From NCBI RefSeq assembly GCF_000223395.1, contig NC_015931.1:1350001-1382000 (forward strand): a stretch of 32,000 nucleotides of DNA. The letters are read 5' to 3'. Position numbers and translations under genes: made by a program. The notes beneath the pieces are model-generated. The model saw nothing but the letters and a program-made list of their open reading frames with translations. It searched no databases and was not told the DNA's origin. This document shows, one piece after another, positions 16,692 through 25,109 of this stretch (its first letter is position 1; every line of letters starts with the position of its first letter). The stretch comes from Pyrolobus fumarii 1A (lineage in GTDB: Archaea; Thermoproteota; Thermoprotei_A; Sulfolobales; Pyrodictiaceae).

Positions 16692-17966
16692 GTGAGCACA
16701 GTGAGTGTAGAAGTTGAAGTGCTTGGCGGGGCACGTGAAGTCGGCCGTGCTAGCATAGCACTGCGGTACAAAGGTAGAGTCTTATTGCTAGATGCTGGCG
16801 TAAACTTCGATGAGGAGGATAAGCCCGTCTTCGCGCGCACTGTACCACCGAGGGATGTCGACGGCATTGTACTGACTCATGCGCACCTGGATCATATCGG
16901 TACTGCCCCGGCCTATTACATTACCTACCAGCCTCCGATAATCGCGACTAAGCCTACGTTCGAGATGGCGCGGTTGATGTGGGAGGACTTCCTGAAACTT
17001 AATGGCTACTACTCTATGTATGAGGATGCTGAAGTCAAGAGGCTCATGGAAGCCGCAGTCTACGCGAGATACTATAGCCCGATAAGAGTTGGGGACGAGT
17101 TCTCCGTGACTCTATATCCTGCAGGCCATATACCTGGTAGCGCGATGGTCTATGTGGAGGTTGGCGGCCGCCGCATACTCTACACGGGCGACGTTAACAC
17201 CATCTACACGAAGCTTATGGAGCCGGCCCGTGTTGACGGCATGCCTCCGGTCGACCTTATGATAATGGAGGCTACGTATGGAGCGTCAACACACCCGCCT
17301 AGGAAGATTGTCGAAGAGAGGCTCGTTGCGATTGTCGAGGAGGTTGTGGATAGAGGCGGTACTGTGTTGATACCGGCTTTCAGCATTAGCAGAGGACAAG
17401 AGGTTATGATGATACTGGCGGAGCGCGACCTTGGCATCGACGTTGCGGTTGACGGGATGGTTAGACAGGTTACCGACATTTTCCTTGAGAACCCGTCGTA
17501 CATTCGCAACGTCGAACTATTGGCTAAGGCTAGGGAGGAGTTCCTCTTCGTCCAAGGCTGGCAGGATAGGAGAAAGGTGTGGAAACGACCCGGCGTCATA
17601 ATAGCGTCTGCTGGCATGTTGAAGGGCGGCCCAAGCCTCTACTATCTCAAGAAGATTATGGGCAACCCGAAGAACGCGGTCGTGATGGTCAGCTTCCAGG
17701 CGCCTGGTACGCCAGGCCGCAAGATACTCGAGGAGGGTCTGTTCCATGAGACCGGCGAGCCTATCAGAGCGAGAGTAGAGTGGCTTGACCTGTCTAGCCA
17801 CGCCGACCGTAGAGGGTTACTCGAGCTGGTAGCGCGCATAAAACCAGCCAAGGTGCTAATAGTTCATAGTGATGGTACCGTAGCCGATAGCTTTGCCCAA
17901 CTTGTAAGGGATAAGCTTGGCGTTGACGTGGAGGTTGCCGAGGAGGGGAGGAAATACACCCTTTAG
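16692..17966 (+). CDS. metallo-beta-lactamase / beta-CASP family ribonuclease (aCPSF2-like, no KH domains)
   Basis: The HxHxDH motif is THAHLDHIG. Downstream acidic and His motifs (EATYG, SSHAD, VHSD) are spaced as in beta-CASP proteins. 424 aa. Confidence 0.8.
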   Translation: MSTVSVEVEVLGGAREVGRASIALRYKGRVLLLDAGVNFDEEDKPVFARTVPPRDVDGIVLTHAHLDHIGTAPAYYITYQPPIIATKPTFEMARLMWEDFLKLNGYYSMYEDAEVKRLMEAAVYARYYSPIRVGDEFSVTLYPAGHIPGSAMVYVEVGGRRILYTGDVNTIYTKLMEPARVDGMPPVDLMIMEATYGASTHPPRKIVEERLVAIVEEVVDRGGTVLIPAFSISRGQEVMMILAERDLGIDVAVDGMVRQVTDIFLENPSYIRNVELLAKAREEFLFVQGWQDRRKVWKRPGVIIASAGMLKGGPSLYYLKKIMGNPKNAVVMVSFQAPGTPGRKILEEGLFHETGEPIRARVEWLDLSSHADRRGLLELVARIKPAKVLIVHSDGTVADSFAQLVRDKLGVDVEVAEEGRKYTL

Positions 17967-17967
17967 A

Positions 17968-18075
17968 CTAATGATGAGTGTTGATTGCGGCCGGGAGTGA
18001 CCCGACCCCTGCCCATCGAGCCCCGACGACACGGGGTCGCGTCGCAGGGGACCGGGGAGCCATTCACATCATTAG
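17968..18075. ncRNA. long imperfect GC-rich hairpin (candidate structured RNA or palindromic element)
   Basis: Complementary blocks are CTAATGATG 17968-17976 with CATCATTAG 18067-18075, CCCCTGC 18006-18012 with GCAGGGG 18044-18050, and CCCCG 18021-18025 with CGGGG 18032-18036. It starts 2 nt after the beta-CASP stop. The strand is undetermined. Confidence 0.3.
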
Positions 18076-18109
18076 GCTCACCCTGGTCTTTAGCTTAGCG
18101 GGTTATGAG

Positions 18110-18203
18110 GAGTAGCGGGGGAGCAACCGGATACCCGCCTTCACCCGCGCGCCCTGCGGCGCTGTCTGGCGGGTGACCCCGGTTGCCATTCTGAAAGCTA
18201 CTC
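18110..18203. ncRNA. 94-nt rod-like hairpin (candidate structured RNA, class unknown)
   Basis: Four nested perfect helices give 26 Watson-Crick pairs separated by internal loops: GAGTAGC 18110/GCTACTC 18197, GCAACCGG 18123/CCGGTTGC 18179, CCCGCC 18134/GGCGGG 18168, and GCGCC 18149/GGCGC 18158. The apical tetraloop is CTGC (GCAG on the minus strand). Confidence 0.3.
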
Positions 18204-18277
18204 GATCTCCGGGTTTAACTATAGTGTCGTTTAGTTTCGACTTTGAGTCCCGGTCTACTGGTGTATAGCTTAGTCGA

Positions 18278-18646
18278 GTGACGGGTGTACCCGTCTTGCC
18301 AGCGAGAGGCGAGGCTACAGTTCTCTCGTCGGCACTGCTTCTTGGCATCACTTTGGTTCTTGGCACTGTGCTAGCCATTTACGCTGCAACTGTAGCTACG
18401 GGAACCAGCACCGATACCAAGCCGTGCACGATAAGTACGTTGAAAGTTGCTGATGGCGTGCTCGTGTACAACTCGTGCCCCTATGCGGTCAATATCACGT
18501 TTCTGCCGCCAGGCGCCTATACAGTGTTGACAACGTCTGGCAGTGTAAACGTGTCAATGGTTACCCTCGAACCTGGAGAGGCTATTCTGGTAAAAGGCGG
18601 TGTAAAGGCTGTTGAGTCTGAGGGTATCATCATCGAGGTGAGCTAA
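18278..18646 (+). CDS. small secreted/membrane protein with an archaeal class-III (type IV pilin-like) signal peptide
   Basis: The N-terminus ...PARG/EATVLSSALLLGITLVLGTVLAIYAA has a short basic head, an RG motif and then a ~22-aa hydrophobic helix. The rest is Thr/Val-rich and beta-like. Start is GTG 18278 or TTG 18296. Confidence 0.55.
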   Translation: MTGVPVLPARGEATVLSSALLLGITLVLGTVLAIYAATVATGTSTDTKPCTISTLKVADGVLVYNSCPYAVNITFLPPGAYTVLTTSGSVNVSMVTLEPGEAILVKGGVKAVESEGIIIEVS

Positions 18647-18666
18647 CACCATGCTAACACTCAATG

Positions 18667-18681
18667 ATTTAAAGTTTAAGG
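18667..18681 (+). promoter_or_regulatory. TATA-like elements upstream of the 533-aa membrane protein gene
   Basis: ATTTAAAGTTTAAGG lies immediately before the ATG at 18686. This position would favour the ATG at 18713 (MKYRRTLAS...) as a leaderless start. Confidence 0.35.
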
Positions 18682-18685
18682 GGTT

Positions 18686-20287
18686 ATGTATACCCACGGC
18701 ACGGTGCACGATATGAAATATCGAAGAACACTTGCCAGCATCTATGCTTTTGTATCCCTGACGTTGTACCTCTACGTGTATCCATTGGTTAGCGATGAGC
18801 TAACATCGCTTGCTATAGCAGCCGCTGTGGGCTGGGCCGCAGCCTATACAGCTTATACGGTGCCACGATATAGTGGTATCATTTTCAGTCTAGCCGCCAT
18901 AGCAGCGATGCTTTCGCTGGCATCGGCTTCCCCCGCCCATTGGCTTTACATCGCACTTTCAGATTTCATTGTACTATTGTCTTATGTGATGTTAACGCTA
19001 GCGTTGCTTGCCGCAGGCGTAAGCATAAGGAGATATATTGGCATTATAGCCGCGAGTACCGGGCTACTAGCTGGTGCTACACTACACGCTCCCTACGGTC
19101 ATTTGGCTGCCATTGGTTTACTGGCCATGTATGCCGCGCTGAGCGGCAGCGTATCAAGGACGCTCATAGCGCTCCTGTTTGAGGAATATACTAGGTTCTC
19201 ATTATCAATGTGCATTGCGAGCATGGGCATTGTTAAGTGTTTTGACGGGTTCACAGAGGTGCCTACAAGACCGATAAAGCCGCTGGTAGATGCGCTACTA
19301 GAGCCCATAGGCAAGATGAGTCCAGAAGTAATTCAGGTGTTGTATAAGCCTTTGTCGTTCTTTGTCCTCACGTTCGCAGGGGCTATGCTAGTCTATGGTG
19401 TCACAGCCGCCGTAGCATCTAGTGTTGAGAGGCGTCTGGCTAGGTGGACCCCCGAGGCCGCTGCTATAACAAAGCATAGCATCATTCTGTCATCAGCACT
19501 CTCATTACTGTCTTACTTCACGGCACTAAACTTATTCGTAACATCATCCTGGCTACTCTCTTGCAACTTTAGAACACCATTTATACCAACATTCATAATA
19601 GCTGCATCAATAGCAACTACATCTATACTTGTGAAGCTACTTCACTATATATCGTCTATACGCTCTCTAAGTGAGGAAAAGAACAGCCTCATAGAGTCTA
19701 TAGATGCACTACGCCAGGATGTTATTAGGCTCTTGAACGAGTCACGCACCTCGAGGGTCACTCCGAGAAATACGAGTGAGAAACTTAAGGCTCTACTTGA
19801 GAAGCTAGATAACCTCAAGGCTAGGGTTGTAAAAGCAGGTCTACTGGAGCTGCCCAACTTAGAGAGGCTGCTCACCGAGTTTGAAGCCGAGTATCGCGAT
19901 ATCGGCAACAGCATTGTAGCTAGTCTTGAGCACACACTATCTGCTATACATGATTCTTGCAGGATGTTATCACGGTGGGCGAGTGAACACAGCCTACCTA
20001 AGGATTGCCACGAGGCACCACTTGATATACGAGGCCGAGATGCACACAGAGCAATTATCGAGGTTGAACGTGCAGCCCAGAAGCTCCTAGAATACATCGA
20101 GTTACTCCTGGACGAGATAGAGGTTGAAGCCGAAGAGGCAAAGATAGAGGCGAAGGAGCTGCTAGAGCTTAGAAAGCTAGTAGAGAGTATAGACTTTAGC
20201 GACCCCGAGACCTTGAGAAACCAAACAAGAGAGTTCATATTGAAGGCGTCTAGCATACTCGGAAGGGTGTACACGAGACAAGCCTAA
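18686..20287 (+). CDS. polytopic membrane protein with a ~200-aa C-terminal coiled-coil domain (unknown function)
   Basis: The N-terminal ~320 aa consists of successive hydrophobic segments, roughly 9-10 predicted TM helices by eye. The C-terminal part is heptad-like and E/K/L/R-rich (EKNSLIESIDALRQDVIRLL..., EVEAEEAKIEAKELLELRKLVE). No family recognised. Confidence 0.65.
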   Translation: MYTHGTVHDMKYRRTLASIYAFVSLTLYLYVYPLVSDELTSLAIAAAVGWAAAYTAYTVPRYSGIIFSLAAIAAMLSLASASPAHWLYIALSDFIVLLSYVMLTLALLAAGVSIRRYIGIIAASTGLLAGATLHAPYGHLAAIGLLAMYAALSGSVSRTLIALLFEEYTRFSLSMCIASMGIVKCFDGFTEVPTRPIKPLVDALLEPIGKMSPEVIQVLYKPLSFFVLTFAGAMLVYGVTAAVASSVERRLARWTPEAAAITKHSIILSSALSLLSYFTALNLFVTSSWLLSCNFRTPFIPTFIIAASIATTSILVKLLHYISSIRSLSEEKNSLIESIDALRQDVIRLLNESRTSRVTPRNTSEKLKALLEKLDNLKARVVKAGLLELPNLERLLTEFEAEYRDIGNSIVASLEHTLSAIHDSCRMLSRWASEHSLPKDCHEAPLDIRGRDAHRAIIEVERAAQKLLEYIELLLDEIEVEAEEAKIEAKELLELRKLVESIDFSDPETLRNQTREFILKASSILGRVYTRQA

Positions 20288-20407
20288 CGTAAAACAACTA
20301 GGAGTGTTTAACCGCCACCCATACGTTCATCCAAACGGCCGATGAGGGTTTTGGCTACCTCCAGAGGCTCTCGGCCGGTGAAGAAACCCGGCCTTACCGA
20401 CGGCCGT

Positions 20408-21682
20408 CTAGTCCTTCACCACGCCCCAGCCCACGAGCCTCCAGCGTCCACGCACCTGACGCGAAATCGCTACATGAGCACCGGGCCAAGCTACTACGGG
20501 TCGTCTTAGTGCGACTTCCATCTCGTCACTTGTCACTCTAGTCACAATGCCCATTGTTATTGCCGTTCCCACGGTTATCATGAGCGGTTCGCGCACTCTT
20601 ATTGGCTGGACTCTAACTAGGTCCTTAGTACCAACAACCCTCTCTAGGAGCCTATATTCGAGGCGTAGAGTATTGTAAGTCGGCGGTAGATGCCCAGGCT
20701 TGCCGACCACGTTACCCACTAGGCTATCAGCTTTAGTTACGCTTGGATCAAGCTTAGTGCCTACCGCTACTAGGCCTCCAGGCTTAGCCTCCTCGACCTC
20801 CAGGTTGTCAAACCGCAGGCTCACAACTTCTGTTACAAGAGGCTCGTACTCTACGCGCCCGCCCTTCTTCTCCACACGAACACCCGGCGCTATCTCAATT
20901 TCATCGCCTACCCTAAGCACACCCTGGACTAGACTACCGCCCAGCACACCACCAACCATCTTCTCTGGTGGTGTTCCAGGCTTGTTAACGTCGAAGCTTC
21001 TCGCCACGAACATCAGCGGCGGTTTGGATAGGTCGCGTTGCGGCGTTGGGATGAAAGCTTCAATAGCCATCAGCAACGCGTCTATGTTTACCTTGTGTAG
21101 CGCGCTAACAGGTATTACTGGTAGCTTCTCAGCCCACGTGCCACGCAAGAACTCGCGTATCTCCTCATAGTTCTTCTTAGCCTGCTCGGGCGTCACAACA
21201 TCAACTTTGTTCTGGACTATCACTAGACGCCTAACACCTATTATGTCGAGCGCTACAAAATGCTCGCGGGTCTGCGGCTGGGGGCACTTCTCGTTGGCCG
21301 CAATGACTAGAAGCGCGCCATCCATCAGCGCTGCGCCGCTAAGCATCGTAGCCATCAAAACCTCGTGACCGGGAGCATCGACAAAGCTTACTTTGCGTAG
21401 CAGTTTGGGTGTTGTGCCTGGTGGACATTTCTCTGGCGCAGGCTGATAGGCGTCAGGCTCCTCGGCGCCCTCACAGTACCATATCTCGCCAGTTGCATAG
21501 CCTAGCTTGATGGTCATACCTCTCTTTAGCTCCTCACTGTGCTTCGCCGTCCACACGCCAGTTATCGCTTGCACTAGAGTAGTCTTACCGTGGTCCACGT
21601 GACCAACGGTACCGATGTTAACTTCTGGCTGCCTACGCCTCTGAGCTTCAATCTCCTCCTTATCCACGAGGCTCAAGTGCAC
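20408..21682 (-). CDS. eif2g: translation initiation factor aIF2 gamma subunit
   Basis: [19 protein letters not shown] (G1), [22 protein letters not shown] (G3) and NKVD (G4). The length and domains II/III are typical of aIF2-gamma. Confidence 0.93.
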   Translation of the reverse strand: MHLSLVDKEEIEAQRRRQPEVNIGTVGHVDHGKTTLVQAITGVWTAKHSEELKRGMTIKLGYATGEIWYCEGAEEPDAYQPAPEKCPPGTTPKLLRKVSFVDAPGHEVLMATMLSGAALMDGALLVIAANEKCPQPQTREHFVALDIIGVRRLVIVQNKVDVVTPEQAKKNYEEIREFLRGTWAEKLPVIPVSALHKVNIDALLMAIEAFIPTPQRDLSKPPLMFVARSFDVNKPGTPPEKMVGGVLGGSLVQGVLRVGDEIEIAPGVRVEKKGGRVEYEPLVTEVVSLRFDNLEVEEAKPGGLVAVGTKLDPSVTKADSLVGNVVGKPGHLPPTYNTLRLEYRLLERVVGTKDLVRVQPIRVREPLMITVGTAITMGIVTRVTSDEMEVALRRPVVAWPGAHVAISRQVRGRWRLVGWGVVKD

Positions 21683-21758
21683 CCTACCGTGACCAAATCC
21701 GCCACACTAGGCCTAATAAGTAGGGTTTTCCTCGCCACGACGCTATAGGGTAGGACGT

Positions 21759-22373
21759 ATGTTCAGAATCCTTCATGTTTCTGATATCCACTGCAGCCTT
21801 GATAATCTAGAGGAGGTGGTGGAGGCTGAACGAGGGAACTTCGACGTACTTGCCATAACTGGCGATATATGTTGCAACTCTCGTCTACGCAGAATACTGA
21901 GTACAACCGGTAGCAAGGTGCTCGCCGTAACCGGCAACATGGATGACATACATATTGCGAGGCTTTTACGCGATTATGGATGGCTGCTTGACGGTCGTGT
22001 AGAGGTTATCGGTAAGTATGTCATAGCGGGTGTTGGCGGCTTACAACCTGTGCAGGATGTAGCGAGGCTCGAAGAGCTACTCCCCAAAGCACTGACGCGA
22101 GAATCCATCCTTATAGTGCTGGCCCACCACCCTATCCACGGTTACCTTGACGTCACGTTCGCTGGTGTACACGCAGGATTATATGAAACAAAGAAGCTAG
22201 TAGATCATTTCAAACCACACGTCTACCTTCACGGACATATACACGAGGCCAGAGGTGTAGCACACTACGCTAACACTCTGCTTGTCAACCCAGGGCCCCT
22301 CGCCCACGGCTACTACGCAATGATAGAGATGGACGATAGCGGCAATGCACATGCAGAACTAAGAAGCCTTTAG
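21759..22373 (+). CDS. metallophosphoesterase (YfcE/MJ0936-like small phosphodiesterase family)
   Basis: ILHVSDIHC, ITGDI, TGNMD, AHHP and HGHIH motifs in the canonical order. 204 aa. Confidence 0.8.
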   Translation: MFRILHVSDIHCSLDNLEEVVEAERGNFDVLAITGDICCNSRLRRILSTTGSKVLAVTGNMDDIHIARLLRDYGWLLDGRVEVIGKYVIAGVGGLQPVQDVARLEELLPKALTRESILIVLAHHPIHGYLDVTFAGVHAGLYETKKLVDHFKPHVYLHGHIHEARGVAHYANTLLVNPGPLAHGYYAMIEMDDSGNAHAELRSL

Positions 22374-22378
22374 CCTAG

Positions 22379-22406
22379 AGTTTAACCGCTAGAACAGTTT
22401 AACCGC
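22379..22406 (+). promoter_or_regulatory. tandem direct repeat AGTTTAACCGC x2 (TATA-like) upstream of the surface-protein gene
   Basis: AGTTTAACCGC occurs at 22379-22389 and 22396-22406, 17 nt apart start to start and 50-75 nt upstream of the TTG start at 22456. The related GTTTAACCGCC also occurs at 20306-20316. Confidence 0.4.
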
Positions 22407-22455
22407 GCGAGTGTAAATACGACACCGCTGCTGCCCAAGCAGGGGGTTAGAACCT

Positions 22456-23829
22456 TTGACAGTACCAACACTTACTAGCTCATGCCACATCCCAGTTAGA
22501 CTGGTATCAACTTCTTCGATCCTATTAGCGACGCTAACATTAACCATTATCATCACAACTTCGCTATCCACAGTTGTGGGTCACGCCGCTACTCACAGTA
22601 TTGTCCTTGAAGTCACGCCGCGCATCGTGTCAACAGACGGCACTCTGCGTATTAAGCTGGTTCAGACGTCACCCGAGTATGAGACTGTCGCAGTTAGATT
22701 AGAGGGGCCGAGCAGCACAGGCTATATGACGTTGAGTGCCGGCTCTATAGTGGCCATAGATTTGAGCACGTACAGGTTACCTCCAGGACTCTATTATGTC
22801 ACCGCATATGATACTCCTGGCGGCAAACGCCTCACATCTGTACCCGTGCTACTCGTCAACGTCAAACTAACATTTACACCGCCAAGACCAAGCATAGGCC
22901 AAGAGTTCCTTGCAACACCATTGATAGAGCCGCCCGGCTACGACTATCGCATCACTATAAAGGTTGACAACAAGATTATTGGAGAGACAGAGCCAGGCAC
23001 TGGCGTGAAACTCAGGTTAGACACTAGAGGACCACATACAATATGCATCGACATCTCAGCAAACATACAAGGCCAGATCTACAACGAGGCTAACGTGACA
23101 TGTACTCAATTAGTTTTGAACGTCCCTCCGACAATAGGCGCCCAGACAATGCTAGAAGGCAATTACATAACCTTATTGCTGGACGTGCGCGACCCAGATG
23201 GCGTACTCATCTCGGCATCCTACAATTGTACAATTGATGGACTTACTTGGAGCGGATACCTACCAGGCGGCATTTCACGCGTAAAACTACTGACCATAGA
23301 TGACGCATATACCATTCTAAACGAGACGAGCGGCCTCGCACTACTCAAGTGCACTATATCCGCAGTTGACGACTCAGGAGCCAGGGCTACAAAGCTCTTG
23401 GTGGAGCGTCTCGCAGACATACTTGCAGCAACCACTATAGAGGAATCGAATAGACAAACAGGGACACCTAAGAGAACGGCACAAAAAGAGACTGCAACCA
23501 CAACACAAGCGTCACATGGAGGGTCACCACCCTTACCCTCCGAGATTCTCATACCACTAGCTGCCATCATACCCCTAGTAGGCGGCTTAGCCGCTCTGTT
23601 CATACTGCGCAAGAAGAAGATGGGTATGAAGCAAAAGACTGCACCACCAAAACCTGCGAGAGAGCGTACCGCGGTGGAGCAAAGCAGAGAGGAGCTAGCA
23701 AACGTGATAGCTAGACTTGATAAGCTCGAGAGACAAATGGAAGAGCTTATAGGGATAGTTGGCGAGCTTCGTGGCGAAGTAGACGAGCTAAGATCTCATG
23801 TGAAAAAGCTCGAAGAGCGTAGGAGATAA
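22456..23829 (+). CDS. type-I membrane-anchored surface protein with a cytoplasmic coiled-coil tail (unknown function)
   Basis: It has an N-terminal hydrophobic signal-like segment (SSILLATLTLTIIITTSLS). About 300 aa of beta-rich ectodomain follows, then a Thr-rich linker (TGTPKRTAQKETATTTQASHGG). The TM anchor is ILIPLAAIIPLVGGLAALFIL followed by RKKK. The tail is 70 aa with heptad character (LANVIARLDKLERQMEELIGIVGELRGEVDELRSHVKKLEERRR). TTG start. Confidence 0.65.
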   Translation: MTVPTLTSSCHIPVRLVSTSSILLATLTLTIIITTSLSTVVGHAATHSIVLEVTPRIVSTDGTLRIKLVQTSPEYETVAVRLEGPSSTGYMTLSAGSIVAIDLSTYRLPPGLYYVTAYDTPGGKRLTSVPVLLVNVKLTFTPPRPSIGQEFLATPLIEPPGYDYRITIKVDNKIIGETEPGTGVKLRLDTRGPHTICIDISANIQGQIYNEANVTCTQLVLNVPPTIGAQTMLEGNYITLLLDVRDPDGVLISASYNCTIDGLTWSGYLPGGISRVKLLTIDDAYTILNETSGLALLKCTISAVDDSGARATKLLVERLADILAATTIEESNRQTGTPKRTAQKETATTTQASHGGSPPLPSEILIPLAAIIPLVGGLAALFILRKKKMGMKQKTAPPKPARERTAVEQSREELANVIARLDKLERQMEELIGIVGELRGEVDELRSHVKKLEERRR

Positions 23830-23904
23830 CCCATCTACATCAACGTCCTATGGGGGGTCTGTGAGGATAAGCACCTCCTCTGAGAGCGGTGAAGACCGGA
23901 CACC

Positions 23905-24465
23905 TTACCGAGACCCCCGCCACGGCGACGACTTCAACCCTAAGTTACATGCTAACTCGCCCGCTTCTCCTGGATCTCGTGTATAGTACACACCTCGCCC
24001 GATACGCTCATCAAAGACACCATTAGGGTATGCTTCGCTAAGCTTGTCACTTGGAAGCCCTGTACCAGTTAGGTAAACTACCGGCACACCTATGCCATAG
24101 GCCGCTAACGCTTCCAGCATGGTGCCGGAAGCACCACCAGCCACTATAACGACATCACAGCTTCTTACCAGAACCGCGCTCCTAGCCTTGGAGTCCATAC
24201 CCGTACGTACTATAATGGCGCCATCAGGCTCGTCAACAAGCTCGTAGTCACGAGGTATCACGAGAACCACGGGAACCCCATGCTCTATGAGTCTGGCTGC
24301 TGCTACACGCATCAATCCACGGTATCCACCCAAGAATCCAACAAGCTTCACCCCTCTACGACTACACGATTCTACAAGTGCATCCACAAGCTGCACTACT
24401 TTCCTCGCCACATCCTCGCCAGCCTCACCACTGTAAGCAGCGATACAGACTTGCAAGTATCTCAT
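23905..24465 (-). CDS. LOG / TIGR00725-like Rossmann-fold protein (lysine-decarboxylase-like family)
   Basis: GGYRGLMRVAA and the AGGASGTMLE motif (a variant of the PGGxGTxxE LOG signature). The short ~186-aa size fits. I prefer the Met at 24465 (MRYLQVCIAAYSG); the tracked ORF extends to 24495. Confidence 0.6.
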   Translation of the reverse strand: MRYLQVCIAAYSGEAGEDVARKVVQLVDALVESCSRRGVKLVGFLGGYRGLMRVAAARLIEHGVPVVLVIPRDYELVDEPDGAIIVRTGMDSKARSAVLVRSCDVVIVAGGASGTMLEALAAYGIGVPVVYLTGTGLPSDKLSEAYPNGVFDERIGRGVYYTRDPGEAGELACNLGLKSSPWRGSR

Positions 24466-24565
24466 GGGGGGCCCTGCCCTACTCCAACCCCTCATCAGAT
24501 TTGAGTATTAGGAGATTTTCAGCGTCTAGCAGCTCCGGTCATCGGGCCCCCATAATAGTAACCTG

Positions 24566-24573
24566 GTTTAACC
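24566..24573 (+). promoter_or_regulatory. TATA-like element for the 24621 operon
   Basis: GTTTAACC lies about 50 nt upstream of the GTG at 24621. A GGGGTGG Shine-Dalgarno-like tract lies 6 nt before that GTG. Confidence 0.35.
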
Positions 24574-24620
24574 AGTTAGGATGTAACGCTTTCACGCTGA
24601 GTCTACAGTGGGGTGGCATC

Positions 24621-25097
24621 GTGTCAGCCGAGATTCGAGCTAAGTACGACGATGTGTATAAGGCGCTTGAGCCGCTTCGTGGTTTAAACTTACTCGGCAC
24701 ATTGAATGGTCCCCCGACAAACCGTTTCCCTCTACGCGAGCTCGTAGAGAAGCTTTCCAACGAATTCATAGAGGATACGGAGTATCGCGGCCATAGGATA
24801 GTTGTGTTTCCTCTCGCCAATAACCGTATAGTGATATGCCATTTTGGTCTAGAGGAAGCTGACGACTTCTGTATCTGTGTTGAGGGCGAGAATGCGTGGA
24901 AAAGGATACACGAAGCTACCGTCAAATTATCAAAGCTCTTCAAGGAGTCATATACGCTGATGCTCCAGGCTATTGTGCATGCACTGCAGGGCATGATAAC
25001 AGCTGAGGAGGGAGCTAAGGAGAAGATAGAAGATCCCGACGAGGTTATCGAGGAGCTTCTAACGTGGCTCCCCGAGTACGTGGCTATAGAGGAGTGA
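24621..25097 (+). CDS. hypothetical acidic protein (158 aa)
   Basis: The E/K/L/V-rich composition is typical of real hyperthermophile proteins. The opposite-strand 236-aa ORF is Ser/Arg-rich and looks like a shadow ORF. The upstream part of the tracked ORF (24378-24620) overlaps the LOG-like gene, hence the GTG at 24621. It ends 12 nt before the IMPase-family gene. Confidence 0.55.
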   Translation: MSAEIRAKYDDVYKALEPLRGLNLLGTLNGPPTNRFPLRELVEKLSNEFIEDTEYRGHRIVVFPLANNRIVICHFGLEEADDFCICVEGENAWKRIHEATVKLSKLFKESYTLMLQAIVHALQGMITAEEGAKEKIEDPDEVIEELLTWLPEYVAIEE

Positions 25098-25109
25098 GGG
25101 CTGCGCACC

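Noticed and set aside
17968-18203. Identification of the GC-rich hairpins as SRP RNA, RNase P RNA, or a C/D or H/ACA sRNA
   Set aside because: I found no helix-8 GGAAG...AGCAG motif and no CR-I GAGGAAAGUCC-like P4 strand. AAUGAUGA at 17970 resembles a C box, but no D/D' CUGA lies at the right spacing. No ACA box sits in the proper position after a pocket-bearing hairpin. The region is kept only as an RNA of unknown class.
18103-18378. 91-aa minus-strand ORF across the GC-rich hairpin region
   Set aside because: It overlaps the signal-peptide-encoding 5' end of the pilin-like gene and lies on the palindromic GC-rich segment, where long open frames arise on both strands by symmetry. No motif was found.
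19645-20274. 209-aa minus-strand ORF
   Set aside because: It is antisense to the coiled-coil part of the 533-aa gene. The extremely Ser-rich product is the mirror of GAR/AAR-rich sense codons, so it is a shadow ORF.
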